From Octopus bimaculoides (taxonomy: Eukaryota): a stretch of DNA of 64,000 nucleotides. The notes beneath the pieces are model-generated. The model ran no database searches, was not told where the DNA came from, and was given only the letters and a program-made list of their open reading frames with translations. The DNA lies in NCBI RefSeq assembly GCF_001194135.2, contig NC_068981.1:168183137-168247136 (forward strand), written 5' to 3'. The number at the start of each line of letters is the position of its first letter. Positions within the stretch are counted from its first letter, which is position 1. This document shows, piece after piece, positions 1 through 13,099 of the stretch. Position numbers and translations under genes: made by a program.

Positions 1-435
1 TCTCATTCTTCGCCTTACACTCTCTTTTCCTCTTTTCTTCGCTCGCCTTTCCCTTCAACTAATCACATGAATGCATAACAGACAGGATAAGTAACAGAGG
101 ACAAAAAAAAGCAATTACATATTTCACTCACCACCACCTCTCTCCCTCCCCCATCCCTCCCTTCAACTAATCATGTTGAAGCCTTACAGACAGGCTAAGT
201 AACAGAGAAACAAGCAGAATTATTATAAGATTAGTAACAAATACTTTTGCCTAGTGGACTTATGCTCATCAGTCTCTCCCTTGCCTAGAACACTCAGTAT
301 CCCATTCATGATAAAGCTACATTAGACCCAGTGTAATTTTCTGATATCTTTAAAATAAAGAAGAGAAAAAACAGCAGGTTTTATACATCAGCAAATACAT
401 CAGAGCATAAATATTGCTATACTGCATGCATACGT

Positions 436-700
436 CATCATCATCATCGTTTAATGACTGTTTTCCATGCTGGCATGGGTTGGACGGTTCGACTGAGGTC
501 TGGGAAGCCAGGATGCTGCACCAGACCCCAATCTGATCTGGCAGTGTTTCTACAGCTGGATGCCCTTCTTAACGCCAACCACTCCGAGGGTGTCGTGGGT
601 GCTTTTTACATGCCACCAGCACAAGGGACCAGAGGAGCTGGCATCGACCACAATCGGATGGTGCTTTGTACATGCCACCGGCATGGAAGCCAGTCAAGGC
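436..700 (-). mobile_element. SINE family A (RTE-related, (GAT)n tail)
   Basis: (CAT)n followed by the reverse complement of the recurrent body ...GGTTGGCGTTAGGAAGGGCATCCAGCTGTAGAAA...CAACCCATGC...GGAAAGCGGACGTTAAA, seen at least 10 times in the window. Confidence 0.8.
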
Positions 701-701
701 G

Positions 702-762
<61 letters not shown>

Positions 763-817
763 AGGTGGGGGAAGACTTCAAGATATTCATGTTTTAAACT
801 CCCAAGTTTAACCATAG

Positions 818-1772
818 NNNNNNNNNNNNNNNNNNNNNNNNNNNNNNNNNNNNNNNNNNNNNNNNNNNNNNNNNNNNNNNNNNNNNNNNNNNNNNNNNNN
901 NNNNNNNNNNNNNNNNNNNNNNNNNNNNNNNNNNNNNNNNNNNNNNNNNNNNNNNNNNNNNNNNNNNNNNNNNNNNNNNNNNNNNNNNNNNNNNNNNNNN
1001 NNNNNNNNNNNNNNNNNNNNNNNNNNNNNNNNNNNNNNNNNNNNNNNNNNNNNNNNNNNNNNNNNNNNNNNNNNNNNNNNNNNNNNNNNNNNNNNNNNNN
1101 NNNNNNNNNNNNNNNNNNNNNNNNNNNNNNNNNNNNNNNNNNNNNNNNNNNNNNNNNNNNNNNNNNNNNNNNNNNNNNNNNNNNNNNNNNNNNNNNNNNN
1201 NNNNNNNNNNNNNNNNNNNNNNNNNNNNNNNNNNNNNNNNNNNNNNNNNNNNNNNNNNNNNNNNNNNNNNNNNNNNNNNNNNNNNNNNNNNNNNNNNNNN
1301 NNNNNNNNNNNNNNNNNNNNNNNNNNNNNNNNNNNNNNNNNNNNNNNNNNNNNNNNNNNNNNNNNNNNNNNNNNNNNNNNNNNNNNNNNNNNNNNNNNNN
1401 NNNNNNNNNNNNNNNNNNNNNNNNNNNNNNNNNNNNNNNNNNNNNNNNNNNNNNNNNNNNNNNNNNNNNNNNNNNNNNNNNNNNNNNNNNNNNNNNNNNN
1501 NNNNNNNNNNNNNNNNNNNNNNNNNNNNNNNNNNNNNNNNNNNNNNNNNNNNNNNNNNNNNNNNNNNNNNNNNNNNNNNNNNNNNNNNNNNNNNNNNNNN
1601 NNNNNNNNNNNNNNNNNNNNNNNNNNNNNNNNNNNNNNNNNNNNNNNNNNNNNNNNNNNNNNNNNNNNNNNNNNNNNNNNNNNNNNNNNNNNNNNNNNNN
1701 NNNNNNNNNNNNNNNNNNNNNNNNNNNNNNNNNNNNNNNNNNNNNNNNNNNNNNNNNNNNNNNNNNNNNNNN
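818..1772. other. Assembly gap (others: 18971-19344, 25048-25336, 25689-25698, 30632-30931, 57431-58054, 59528-59851, 62992-63001)
   Basis: Runs of N. Confidence 1.
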
Positions 1773-1809
1773 AGAAGTGGTGAAATGTGTATTGTGAGAT
1801 ACAAATAAG

Positions 1810-2005
1810 ATAATTTATTTTTTTATTTTCAAATGCACAAGCACTGATAGAACAGCAGAGACAGGATAAAATATCCCTACAAAGCAGAAAAATATGTCAG
1901 CAACCAGCCATGAGACTGGTTGCTGACATATTTTTCTGCTTTGTAAGGGTATTTTATCCTGTCTCTGCTGGTCTATCAGCATTTGTGCATTTGAAAATAA
2001 ATTAT
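1810..2005. repeat. Fold-back (hairpin) element
   Basis: Arms 1810-1907 and 1916-2005, 8-nt loop; inner 30 bp perfect, 6 mismatches plus one outer indel. Confidence 0.9.
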
Positions 2006-2045
<40 letters not shown>

Positions 2046-3619
2046 TATATATACCTCTCAGGGAGGTTCAGCATGATACTGAATGTGACAAGGTTGGTCC
2101 TTTTTATTACAGGTACTACTCATTTTTGTCAGCTGAGTGAACTGGAGCAATGTGAAATAAAATGTCTTCTTCAGGGACACAACAGGCCACCAGGAATCAA
2201 ACTCCTGGTCATAATATCAGGAGTTGTATACCCTAACAACCAAGCCACATGCCTTCATACACATACACATCATCATTTAATGTCTGCTTTCCATGCTGGC
2301 ATGGGTTGAACGGTTTGACATGGTGCTAGCTTGGCAAAAGACTGCAGCAGGATTCACTGTCTGTTTTGGCATGATATATGCATATATAAATACACACACA
2401 CACACACACAAATCGTTGATGTCATAATGATTTGAATGTGAAATAATTCTTTTTGGAACAGTGAATCTCAAAGTACACACATAATACTATAAATAATACC
2501 ATGTGAATATTGGGGTGAAAACCCCTTTTGGATAGAAAAAAAATCAAAGGTTGGATGTGGGACACAATCCCACATTTCTTGTAGACAAGACAGCCATTCT
2601 ATTATATACATATATTTAAGAATTCTTCCTGTTTTCTCTTGACTGCTAAACTACCAATGCTCCATGAAGAGAAAAAAACTGTTCCATGAATTTCTTCCAG
2701 ACTGTAATTATCTCTATCTGCCATGAAATATCTCTCTTCGTGAAATACTTAAATCAATAACAAGTCGTGAGTTATATTATGCTGAGGATTTCTAAAAAGA
2801 AGTCAATGGCACTAGAACACCAACTAGAAATAATTTTAAGAATTTCATAATGATAATTAAAAAAAAAAACATTGTATATGTGAATTCTATGTATCTTTTG
2901 CCTAAGAATTCCTTAATTGCAAATTCAAATTTCTAACCCTGCCAAATATTATGAAGAAAGAATGAGCTCTATTGTTCTTTTGTAACAGAGGAAAAATGTA
3001 TGAGAGAGAGAGAGAGAGAGAGAGTGTGTGTGTGTGTGTGTGCGTGCGTGCGTGCGTGTATATATATATATATATATATATACACATACATAGATCAGTT
3101 GCAGGACTCAACATGTAGGGCACCTGGATGGTCTGGATACAGAGCATACATTACATTGGAGCAACTCTTAGTTGTTGTTTATTGGTAGTATACTACAAGT
3201 CGGTATATAGTATGTATGTATACACACACACAGACACACACACAACTATCTATATATAGGGGCTATAGTAGAAGACACTTGCCCAAGGTGTTGTGCAGTG
3301 GAATTGATCCCAAGACCATATGGTTGGGAAGCAAGTTTCTCAATCGCACAGCCACACTTTTATCCTTTTAATCCATCTTTTATTTCCTTAAACTATAAAG
3401 CACATCATATCTGTCAACTATATTACAAAGAGGTAATTAAGCAATACCTTATTAAATGGCAAGACACCAAAAGAATTTTTTTAAACTCCTTGCACATGTT
3501 CAATATACTAGCATGATGTTTTCAAATGTGCTGACTTATACCATGGAATTTCCATGGGTCTTATTATATATTTTATTTTATTGCTTCCTGATATAAATTT
3601 ATTTCCTTCTTTACTTATT

Positions 3620-3912
3620 CACACACATGCCAGTGCCGCTGGACTGGCTCCTGTGCAGGTGGCATGTAAAAAACACCATTTTGAGTGTGGTCGTTACCAG
3701 TACCGTGTGACTGGCCCTCGTACTGGTGGCATGTAAAAGCACCCACTACACTCTCGGAGTGGTTGGCGTTAGGAAGGGCATCCAGCTATAGAAACTCTGC
3801 CAGATCAGATTGGAGCCTGGTGCAGCCATCCGGTTCAACAGTCCTCAGTCAAGTTGTCCAACCCATGCTAGCATGGAAAGCGGACGTTAAACAATGATGA
3901 TGATGATGATGA
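3620..3912 (+). mobile_element. SINE family A copy (young, CpG-rich)
   Basis: Same body ending GGACGTTAAACAATGATGATGATG. Confidence 0.85.
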
Positions 3913-4871
3913 TGGTAAGTTTTAAACTTTTACTGATTTTTAACAAGTAACTATTATAGTTCTATGCGAATGCCTCCTGTGTATGCATACATCATGCATG
4001 TGGGTGCCTGCATAATATGTGCATCTGTAGGCAAGTGCAAATAGGTGCACATCTCTCCATCTCTCACAGTGGAAGTGCATGCGTATATTACAGACCAATA
4101 CATAAGCACAGATGTTTCCTTCAACTATTTCATTTATACATACACATCATCATCATAATCCTCTCCACCATCATCACCACTGACCTCCACTGATTAAAGT
4201 AACATCTAAACAGAAAAAAAAAATCAAACACAACAATATTTCTCTGTGTGTGCGTGTGTGTGTTTGTTTGTCCATCTGTCTGACTGCATGCATGGGCAGG
4301 CGGGTGATGGCAGAGTGGGTGGAAGAGGTGGAATCAAAGCTTTCTGAACAGAATTCCCTGCTTGAGAATTTGAGTACAAAAAAAAAAGAAAAAAAAAAAA
4401 AAATCATGGTATAAATATTTGACATGGTATAAATCATGGTATAAATATAGTAATAATGTATGAGAGGTTAGTTGTACTTTTAGGCACAAGAACTAAACTC
4501 AACTATAGCTGCTACTACTTAAGTTACCAAATATAGCATACAAAAATCAACACTGGTCCAATTTATTTTACTTCAAATATATGAACCAATAACAACAAAG
4601 TAGTCTCTGCACAGTCATTTGATTTGCTAGAAATAGTAGCCACATTTAAATTTCGTCAAATCACAGCACAGTAACTTACTAAAAAAAAAAAGAAAAACAA
4701 AGGAAGGACACACTGAAAAATGTATTCTTAGATATACCAAAAAGACAGTATGGTTACAGATAGAATGCCTTTGATTCTAAATACTGCTTAGTCAGGGCTT
4801 TCCTGGGGTTGAACAACCACAATTTCATTACTATTTTCATACACCAAAGATAAAATTTGAATTCCTATATA

Positions 4872-5055
4872 CATCATCATCGTTTAACGTCTGCTTTCCA
4901 TACTGGCATGGATTGGACGATTTGACTGAGGACTGGCAAGCCAGAAGGCTGCACCAGGCTCCAATTTGATCTGGCAGAGTTTCTACAGCTGGATGCCCTT
5001 CCTAATGCCAACCACTCTGAGAGTGTAGTGGGTGCTTTTACATGCCACCAGCACG
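4872..5055 (-). mobile_element. SINE family A copy
   Basis: Reverse complement of the 3' half of the 3620-3912 copy. Confidence 0.85.
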
Positions 5056-5419
5056 AGATGTATAATATTACAAATTCAATCAATCTAGTTCCTAATCCAG
5101 AAGTCTACATCATCATCATCAGTTTCTGTCATTTCTATACTGCCAGGGACAGGACATTTCAAAATGATCCAAATCAGCTCCTACCCAAAGTTATTATCCT
5201 AAATGGTTTTGGAGATCATGTCTAACTTGTACATTTCATTTGGCTTTGTTCCTGCAGCCAGATGCCCTTCCTAACACCAACCACTTTTCAGAGTGTAATG
5301 GATTATATATTTTGTGACAGCATCAGCACTAGAGAGGTTGTCATATCCTTCGCAAGACTAAATAGTCCTCTCTACCCTCACATTGTCATGGTGTCTCTTT
5401 TCAATCACAAACATCTCCC

Positions 5420-6790
5420 TTCACAAAGCATATTCAGTGTATTTTATCATGGTAGCAATATTAGAGAGTTGTTGCCATTGTTTCAAGTCAGACATGGCTG
5501 AGAGAATGAACGGTGTGACAATGAGACAAGAAAAAAAATTCAGTAACCAGAAACATGGAGTCAGTACAAGGTAATTAATTTTACACCGAAAAAGACGAAA
5601 CAGAGAAGAATTCAATATTTTGGCCAATGGTCCTTCAAGAACAAGAGAGAGAAAAAGAAAAAGTGTTCTATGAAAAGCAGTGTTTACAATGACAACCACA
5701 TGGTGAAATGAATAACAGGAGTAGGTAGTGCAGAATGGTGTTTTAAAGCCAAAAGAATAATCTATTGCCAAGGAAGAGGCATGGTGAGAGCTTCTTGCTA
5801 GGCAATAAAAATGTATGAGCATGTTACATATGCACGTATGCGTAAGGCAGTATTACTAAAGAAAAACAAGGTAATTATTCATCCCAGTTGGGTGGGACAT
5901 TTTACTGTTGGTGGAAAACAGGGGTAAAACACTACCACAGACAACGAAATGCAACTTAGTATGACCGGAAAAATTGAAGTGATGGCCATAGATTGGAGCA
6001 AAATGGTGTTATGCCAGACATCTAAAAGGTACTCCCTAAAACAGCCCGCCAATCTCCAGCCAGTTCCTCAATGAACAGCAGGCCACAAAACCAGCATTAG
6101 GTTGCTTGTACTAGCAAGAAGATTCCACAAGAAATGTTCTTGATGGTACAAGCGAAACAGTTGGCAACATGGGAGGAAGAGTTAAGTCTGTGCAAAGTGG
6201 CGAAATTCTGGATGAAGAGACAAGTGTTGTAGCAGTAGTGAAAACAGGTAGAGCAAAGTGGAAATCAGTGAGTTTATAAAAGACAAAAGTGGAGCAGTTG
6301 GAGTGGCAAAAAAATTGAAATATCCAAGAAGTACCAGAGCTGATGGAGTTGTTGGGTGTGAAACCCAGGGCAGGGTGGAAGGAACTGGTGAAAGTAACAA
6401 GAAGTTCAGGTCTTCACAAGTAAGACAGGGTGATGGTATTTTTGTCAATGTAACACATCTGGAGTGGGTCCAGTGAAACTAAGGATAGATGACCAACAAT
6501 ATGGGCTAATATGACCAACAAATAGAGCAGTGTGAAGTAAAGATTTCAGGTGAAACCTGCTGGTAGGTAGAAATCTCCAGGAAAGGAAAAGTTGGGAGTG
6601 AGGGTAAGTTCACCAAAGAAGAAGATAGTCATGGAGCTTAGTTCAAGTGTGTTGTGATGATCAAGGAAGTGTTTTAGGACTAGGAGATTGTTGTCATGGA
6701 GCAGCATGACATCCATGGTGAAAAAGTTGGTAGGGACTAGGGTGGACAAGAAGTTGAAGAGGTAGAGGGCATGGTTGGTGCTGTAGATGA
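5420..6790 (-). mobile_element. Decayed Penelope-like retroelement (RT, probable GIY-YIG remnant)
   Basis: Minus-strand frames read NFFTMDV..LHDNNLLVLKHFLD...ELTLTPNFSFPGDFYL, matching the PLE RT pattern LFTMDVxSLYTNIPH..GL.ALKHFLD...ELVLTLNNFSF.G.FY.Q; many stops and frameshifts. Confidence 0.55.
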
Positions 6791-7949
6791 TTCACACATG
6801 TATGTACAAAACACACTCTCACACTTTATTTCCTTTGGCAGTAAAACGGTCGTTTGGCTGTAAAATAAACACCATTCCACTGTACTTATTTCCATTAAAG
6901 GCTTTCATTGTAAATGCTACTTTCTATGGAACTTTGTTATTTTCTGCTTGTAGTTGATGAACGACCACTCCAAAATGTTGAACTCTTCCCTGTTTCTTCC
7001 TCGCAGCATGTTTTCATTGTTTTTTATACTATTTTAGAAAAGAGTGAAGGAGTAGAAGGTAAAAAATTCATCTAAATCCATTAGTATCATAGTCCCAAGT
7101 TTAAAATATGATTCATTGTTCCTTCCATTTCCTTGAGTGAATGAACTCATGGAGTACAAAAATGCTGGCCAGTGTGACAATGAAGTTGTAGTTCATTGAA
7201 CATTTTTCTGCTTAAATTATTTATTTTACTCCTTTTTCAGCAAAATGTTTTATCATAAAAAAAAGTCAAGCAAAGAATGTCTAAAATTATTTGATTGCCA
7301 TTCAGCAACTTAAGTCACAGCCGATGGCAACTTATCATTTTAACCATTTTTTTCTTTCAAGTTATTAATAAATAATAAAAACATTTGGTCATAGTGTGTG
7401 TGTGTGTGTACATGCAATGTTTTGTGCATAAATATGTGCACAAATCTGTGCATGGGTGCTTGCATGCATGTGCAGATATGGCTGAACAGCTAAGAAGTTT
7501 CCATTGCAACCATGAGGTATCTGGTTCTATTCTACCGTGCAACACTTTTGATAAGTTTCTTTCTTGCTTAGTCTTGGGTTGACACAAGGCTTACGAGTGA
7601 AATTCAGCAGATGGAAAGTGTGTGGAAATCCATCAGATTAATTACAGTTATGAATTCAAAAAGCAATCCTTGTCACACATAACGTCATGTTAATTCTGAC
7701 TATACATTACAAGATTACAGGCACATATACAGTACAACTTTTCTGTGGAATATTCAGCCACTTATAACACAACGAGTAGGTAATTCCATTAATTGAACAA
7801 CTGGAATAGTCATCTTCAAAACCAATGAAGGATCCATTCACAGTGCACATGCACACGTGTGTGAATGTATGTGCGCATGTGTGTGTATATTTCAAAACAG
7901 GTATTGTAAATAATAATAATGAAAAAAAAAAAAGGTAATAATCACTCAC

Positions 7950-8342
7950 TTGTTGATTCTACTTCAGAGAAGTGGTCTTCTTCAAAGATAAATTCATTAT
8001 TGAAAGGGTTAAATCGTTGCCGTACAGGCTTGTTTCTGTCACCAGTATGTACACTGTTGCTACTTTCATCCATAGCTGGAGGCTTTATAGCTTTATTACC
8101 CACGTTGGGGCTTTGCCTATCTTGATTTAAGGCTGTATTACCACTGTCACCTTCAGATCTACATTCTGTCTTATACACATCATTGTTCTGTAGTTTCTCA
8201 TCTGATGCTGAAAGTGGTAACTCTGCTTGCTGCTTATCCTCATCCTCACAAGTTACACACACTTTACAATCACCGAGTTCACTCTTTTCGATATCATTTA
8301 AATTTTCTTTATTTTGAACATTCTCTTTTGCAGAGTCTAAAC
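7950..8342 (-). CDS. DEF8: Probable DEF8 internal coding exon (131 codons, phase 1-1)
   Basis: Acceptor AG at 8344-8343 and donor GTGAGT at 7949, with an open frame between. It ends ...PVRQRFNPFNNEFIFEEDHFSEVEST, which recalls both conserved DEF8 N-terminal motifs (human RFRQAHLNPFNK and LSEDHFS, from memory). The C1 and Rubicon-homology exons were not seen, so the assignment rests on two short motifs. Confidence 0.65.
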
Positions 8343-10193
8343 CTGTTTTAATGGGTACATAAACACAGAAATTTTATGTAATATATTATCATGATTATCT
8401 TAATTAAAATCATTATCATTATAATTATTATTTATTTGTTAGTTCTAAATAGCATACGCAAATCAATCATGCCAAACAGTTTACTTGTGGTTCAAGAATA
8501 TGTTAGTAAGATTTTTCCAAAGCAAACATTAAAAAAAAAAGTACAAGCTGCATATGAAGATAAATGCAATAATCTTTTATTGATTTTCACTTGGAGAGTT
8601 CTGGCCATGCTGGGGTACTATCATGAATATAAAGAAAATTTCTTTAGTCTTTGCAGAAATTTTTATCCTTTATGAAGGATGTTAAACAGTTTTAGTAGAG
8701 CTTAGTTTTTCGCAAAAGCTAAAATCATTTTACTTTAAAATTGTCAAATATGCTGGGGGAGGAATCCAAATTCAGCATGCTATGTCTTCAGATATTTGAT
8801 AGATCTCAGTTTTCTGAAATTTTAAGTGTTTATGATATACAGAAAGGAAGCAGCCAGGTTTAAAGCTATGTAAGATAGATTTGTTTAAACATATTTAATA
8901 CTTGGTTTGAGAGTACATGCACCATGTCACTGCATTTTGTAAGAAGTATCAGTAAGAGTTGGCAATAGAAAGAATATATGATTGGAAAACACTGCTGGTA
9001 TAGAAAAGCAGACATAAAACAATGAAGACATCAGAAAAGTAGTTAGAAATAAATATGCAGACTAAGAGGGAAAATGCAATTAGTCAATGAGTAACAGCAT
9101 TTTCATGTAGATAGCAAGCACAAGAGGCAACCCTGGACATATCTCAGTCCTGTTCTGAATTGAATAGTCAAGTATATATATTTCTCTGTACTTGCCAAAG
9201 TAAATGTAAGAAGATTGTATATTTGTTGGCACAATATAATAGAACTGCTTAAAAAAAAAATTAAAAGACAATATCCACATGAAAAACAATCAGTAAGTTA
9301 GCACTAACATATTTAATGCATAAAGTATTATAAAATTAACAAGAAACAATTATCTTGAGGATGGCTGTGAAGAAATGGAGTTTGCTTCACAACCATATAG
9401 TTTTGAGTTCTATCTCACTGTGCAGCAACTTGAATGAATGACTTGGGCTGATCAATGCCTTATGAGTCAAATTAGTACACAAAAACCGTATGGAAGCCAG
9501 TTGTGTATGTGGGTGGGTGTGTGCATGTAAATGATTACGTTCTATGTCTTCACATGAAGCCATTTTGGGAAGAACAGTGATGCTATATTGACATACACTG
9601 CTAACAAATCTTCCTCCAACTCTGCACTTTCAAAGAAACCCAAAATGAAGAATCTCTTACTCAAAAAACAGATATGAGTTAGAAGTAGGAAGAGCATTTG
9701 TCTGTACAGTAAAGCCTCAACAATAAGTATACAACCTACCCATACTAGCATGGAAAAACAGATATCAGAAGACTGAATGAATAAAAGGATATTGGTCATT
9801 GGTTAATATTTTTACATTTCCCTGATAAACACAGGAAACATTCACCATTTTTGCTGAACTAGTGATGAATGAATTGCTGAATGATGTGCAAGAATGTACA
9901 TCTGCTGATGCAGGAAAACAGAATTGCATAGAAATTAACCCTTTAGCATTCAGATTACTCTGTCTAATGTAATGCTTATTTATTCACATTGTTTTGAATT
10001 AATTATGCATTATCTCACAGGTTTGAGATTTCGAGAATATGCTTCTTATATTTAGAATGACATTGCAGAGCAGGAGTGACAGACCAGATCTGACCGATTG
10101 GAACATAAAACAGATAGATTATTTGAGCTGGATATGGCTGGTTTAAATATTAAAGGGTCAAATACTTTAAGTTGGGAAATGGAAGAAAAGACA

Positions 10194-10597
10194 AGGTGGC
10201 TGTGTGGTAAGTAGCTTGCTTACCAACCACATGGTTCTGGGTTCAGTCCCACTGCATGGTACCTTGGGCAAGTGTCTTCTACTATAGCTTCAGGCCGACC
10301 AAAGCCTTGTAAGTGGATTTGGTAGACGGAAACTGAAAGAAGCCTATCATATATATGTATATATATGTGTGTGTGCGTGTGTTTGCCCCCCCCCCCACAC
10401 ACACACACACACACAACATCGCTTGACAACCAATGCTGTCCCCATAACTTAACAGTTCGGCAAAAGAGACCGATAGAATAAGTACTAGGCTTACAAAGAA
10501 TAAGTCCTAGGGTCAATTTCCTCGACTAAAGGCAGTGCTCCAGCATGGCCACAGTCAAATAACTGAAACAAGTAAAAGAATACAGAAAGAATACAGT
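10194..10597 (+). mobile_element. SINE family B: tRNA-derived head plus CORE-like domain
   Basis: A-box-like TGGCTGTGTGGT, B-box-like GGTTCAGTCCC, and ACCTTGGGCAAGTGTCTT resembling the MIR/CORE domain; internal (CA/TG)n; 3' GACTGAAACAAGTAAAAGA. Confidence 0.8.
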
Positions 10598-10719
10598 CTG
10601 TTTCATCCTAACTTGTTTAATGTAATTTAATAAACACTTAAAAAGCAATACAAGTGGCTGAAGTGGAGTTTGTCTGAAGTATTTCTCTAGTAACATTACT
10701 CAACAGGGTGCATAACTTA

Positions 10720-11010
10720 GAGATCAGGGAGTTTCTCCAGCTCTGGTTCTACGGATATGTGATTAGAATGTCACTGGAAATAATCACATGGTGGACTTGA
10801 CAAGCTGAGTTAGCCAGCAGGAGACTGAGGGGTAGACCAAGAACCAAATGGCTGGATAATATTCACAATCTCAATTGGTCATACTCAAGAATCCAACCAG
10901 AAAGTTTGATGGTTGCTTCTGATATGGTTCTATGGAGGAGGTGCCTGAGGACTCTGCCCCAACAATCCTCCCAGAAATAGTTGGCAGAGAAGATGAATAG
11001 ACAGACAAAA
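10720..11010 (+). mobile_element. RTE LINE 3' fragment
   Basis: Reads ...GRLRGRPRTKWLDNIHNL...WRRCLRTLP, the RTE ORF C-terminal pattern. Confidence 0.55.
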
Positions 11011-11249
11011 GGCATGGGACCATAAATAGTTGAGTCACTTATGTATTGGACCATCAACCAATAAATCAGTAGTTCATATCTTATCACCAGCACTACATTA
11101 TGGGAGTATGACCAAGGATACTTAACTCTCAACAGCTGTTTGCCTAATTGATTGCAGCAAGCAGGAGTAACAGTGTGCAACTGAAAAGTATTTTGCTATG
11201 CCTTGTTCCATGTATTCTACAAGAAAAACTCCCAGCATCAGGCCAGTGT

Positions 11250-12730
11250 CCTTTCCTGGAGAAGATTTATCTCTCATTGTCTACTTAATGCTATAATAAC
11301 TGGAGGTAAGCACCAGTCTTAGGAATATTTGTGATATGGAGAGGAGTAGATAGAGAGAGAATAAATACATGGCTGAGGAAACATTTAAGGGCACTGACCA
11401 AGTGGTCTTGGCTTACAGATGAATTATAAGAAATATTATCAACAGGTGTGACAAAGACTATCTTCATTGTAAGAACTCAGCACATTTTATACAAGCTTTG
11501 GCACATATAATGTTAATGTAATGTTTTCACTAGATTTCACAAAAAAAGATTATGCATCAATGACTTTACTCAAACTTTTCTCATGAGAAACAGCTTTGTG
11601 TCAATGGTTTCATTTGATCTTTGGCCTTTTGGAATCAGAGAGCTATGTATAAGTAACTAAACTAGGCTTTCCTGATCAGAGAAAGCTATGTATCAAAGAC
11701 ATCACTTGACCTTTCTTGATGGGAGAGGGGGCAATGTGCCAACATGCACATTGCTCTCTCTCAAGAGCAATGTGGTTAATTCTGCTGAACGTTTCCTAGT
11801 TGATCTTGTGCCTAACGAACCGAGGCAATGTAGAATAAAGTGTTCTGTTTAGAAACAAAGAAGCATCAGATTTGAACTCACAATCTAAGAGGAGATAGAT
11901 TAATAAATAACAGGTTAAGTGACAAGGATGTTTGTCCTACAAAGACACTCTTTTCCTCAATTTCATCACTTCCTGCTACCACTGAACTTTGAACTACACT
12001 TTCAGACTGCATATATTTTGTTTCCATGCAGTTTATTTTGAGATTTACTGCTAAACTCTGATGTCCAGCTTTATCAGCATGGTCTGCAGCTGAACTGAGG
12101 TTTTCTAGGATAGGCACAATGGTGTCTGCAAATCAGAGATGAGTTTAGTACTTCACCATTGATGCTAACTCCACATTTTCAGACAATCTCTGATCACAAA
12201 TATATACAAAGACATGAATGTTGAAATCTTGCACGAAGTAAGAGCAAGGTGGAAGGTAAATAAGGATATGTTCAAGGCACAATTGGACAAGACCCTGCAT
12301 GCTAATCTCTTTACTAGTACTATCCTATTTGTGCCCTTATACACAAGTGAGAGATGAGCTACTACAAAGAATGACGAGCAACAACTAGCTATGACACAGA
12401 GTCACAGAAAGATCTATACTTGAAATATTACTGCAGAGGCACATCCCAAAAAAAGGTGATGTGAGAATGGAGTAGAGCGAAAGATGTGATCACAGAATAC
12501 CAAAAGTAAGAGTTCTGCTGCGGCTGGATATATTGCAAGATTCACTGACAACAGATGGACCTTTGCAGTTGTTAGAACAGACAACTCAGAAGACTTATGG
12601 GATGATGGGAAGACAATATAGTTAAACAATTCAGGCCTAAAAAGAGGAGAAGGAGTCAATCAAGAGGAAAACGGAAGCACATTGTGACGAGAAATGTATA
12701 AGGACATCTGAGATGTCTGGATGTAAAGTC
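11250..12730 (-). mobile_element. Decayed LINE reverse transcriptase (RTE-like)
   Basis: ORF 11878-12117: LAVNLKINCMETKYMQ...EIEEKSVFVGQ resembles the RT domain 6-7 pattern (GLKIN..KTK.M...E.V..F.YLG). Confidence 0.5.
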
Positions 12731-13099
12731 GATTTTTAGCAAAGCAAATTAAGTCATTTATATCAACATCCCACTGCATTCACTACTTTAATAATATTTA
12801 TTGACAGTTTCCACCATCAGATGACTATTAAAAAAAAACAGACTCAGCAGAGGGCTGGATTTGACCGAGAAACAATATCTCAAACTCATTTTGATATCAT
12901 TTAGTCTAGTTGCAGCATATCATAAAACATTCATCATTATTTAACATCTGTTGTTCATGCTGGCATGGGTTGGACAGTGTGACCACAGTTGGCAAGCTGG
13001 AGGAGGAGGGAGGGATGCACCAAGCTCCAGTCTGATTTGGCATGGTTTCTACAGCTGGATGCCCTTCCTAACGCCAGTCACTTTACAGAGTGTGCTGGA

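Noticed and set aside
454-1804. Long ORFs spanning N-runs (also at 18.8-19.4, 24.8-25.4, 30.5-31.0, 57.4-58.2 and 59.5-59.9 kb)
   Set aside because: Length comes from X residues across assembly gaps.
9540-9930. Extra minus-strand DEF8 exons (e.g. CRVGGRFVSSVCQYSITVLPKMASCEDIE); also candidates at about 15930-15985, 16669-16892 and 7707-7830
   Set aside because: Weak or phase-incompatible splice sites, stops in all frames (16669-16892), and no recognisable DEF8 similarity.
10194-10260. tRNA genes at SINE heads
   Set aside because: A/B-box-like motifs run straight into SINE bodies; no cloverleaf or anticodon stem is supportable.
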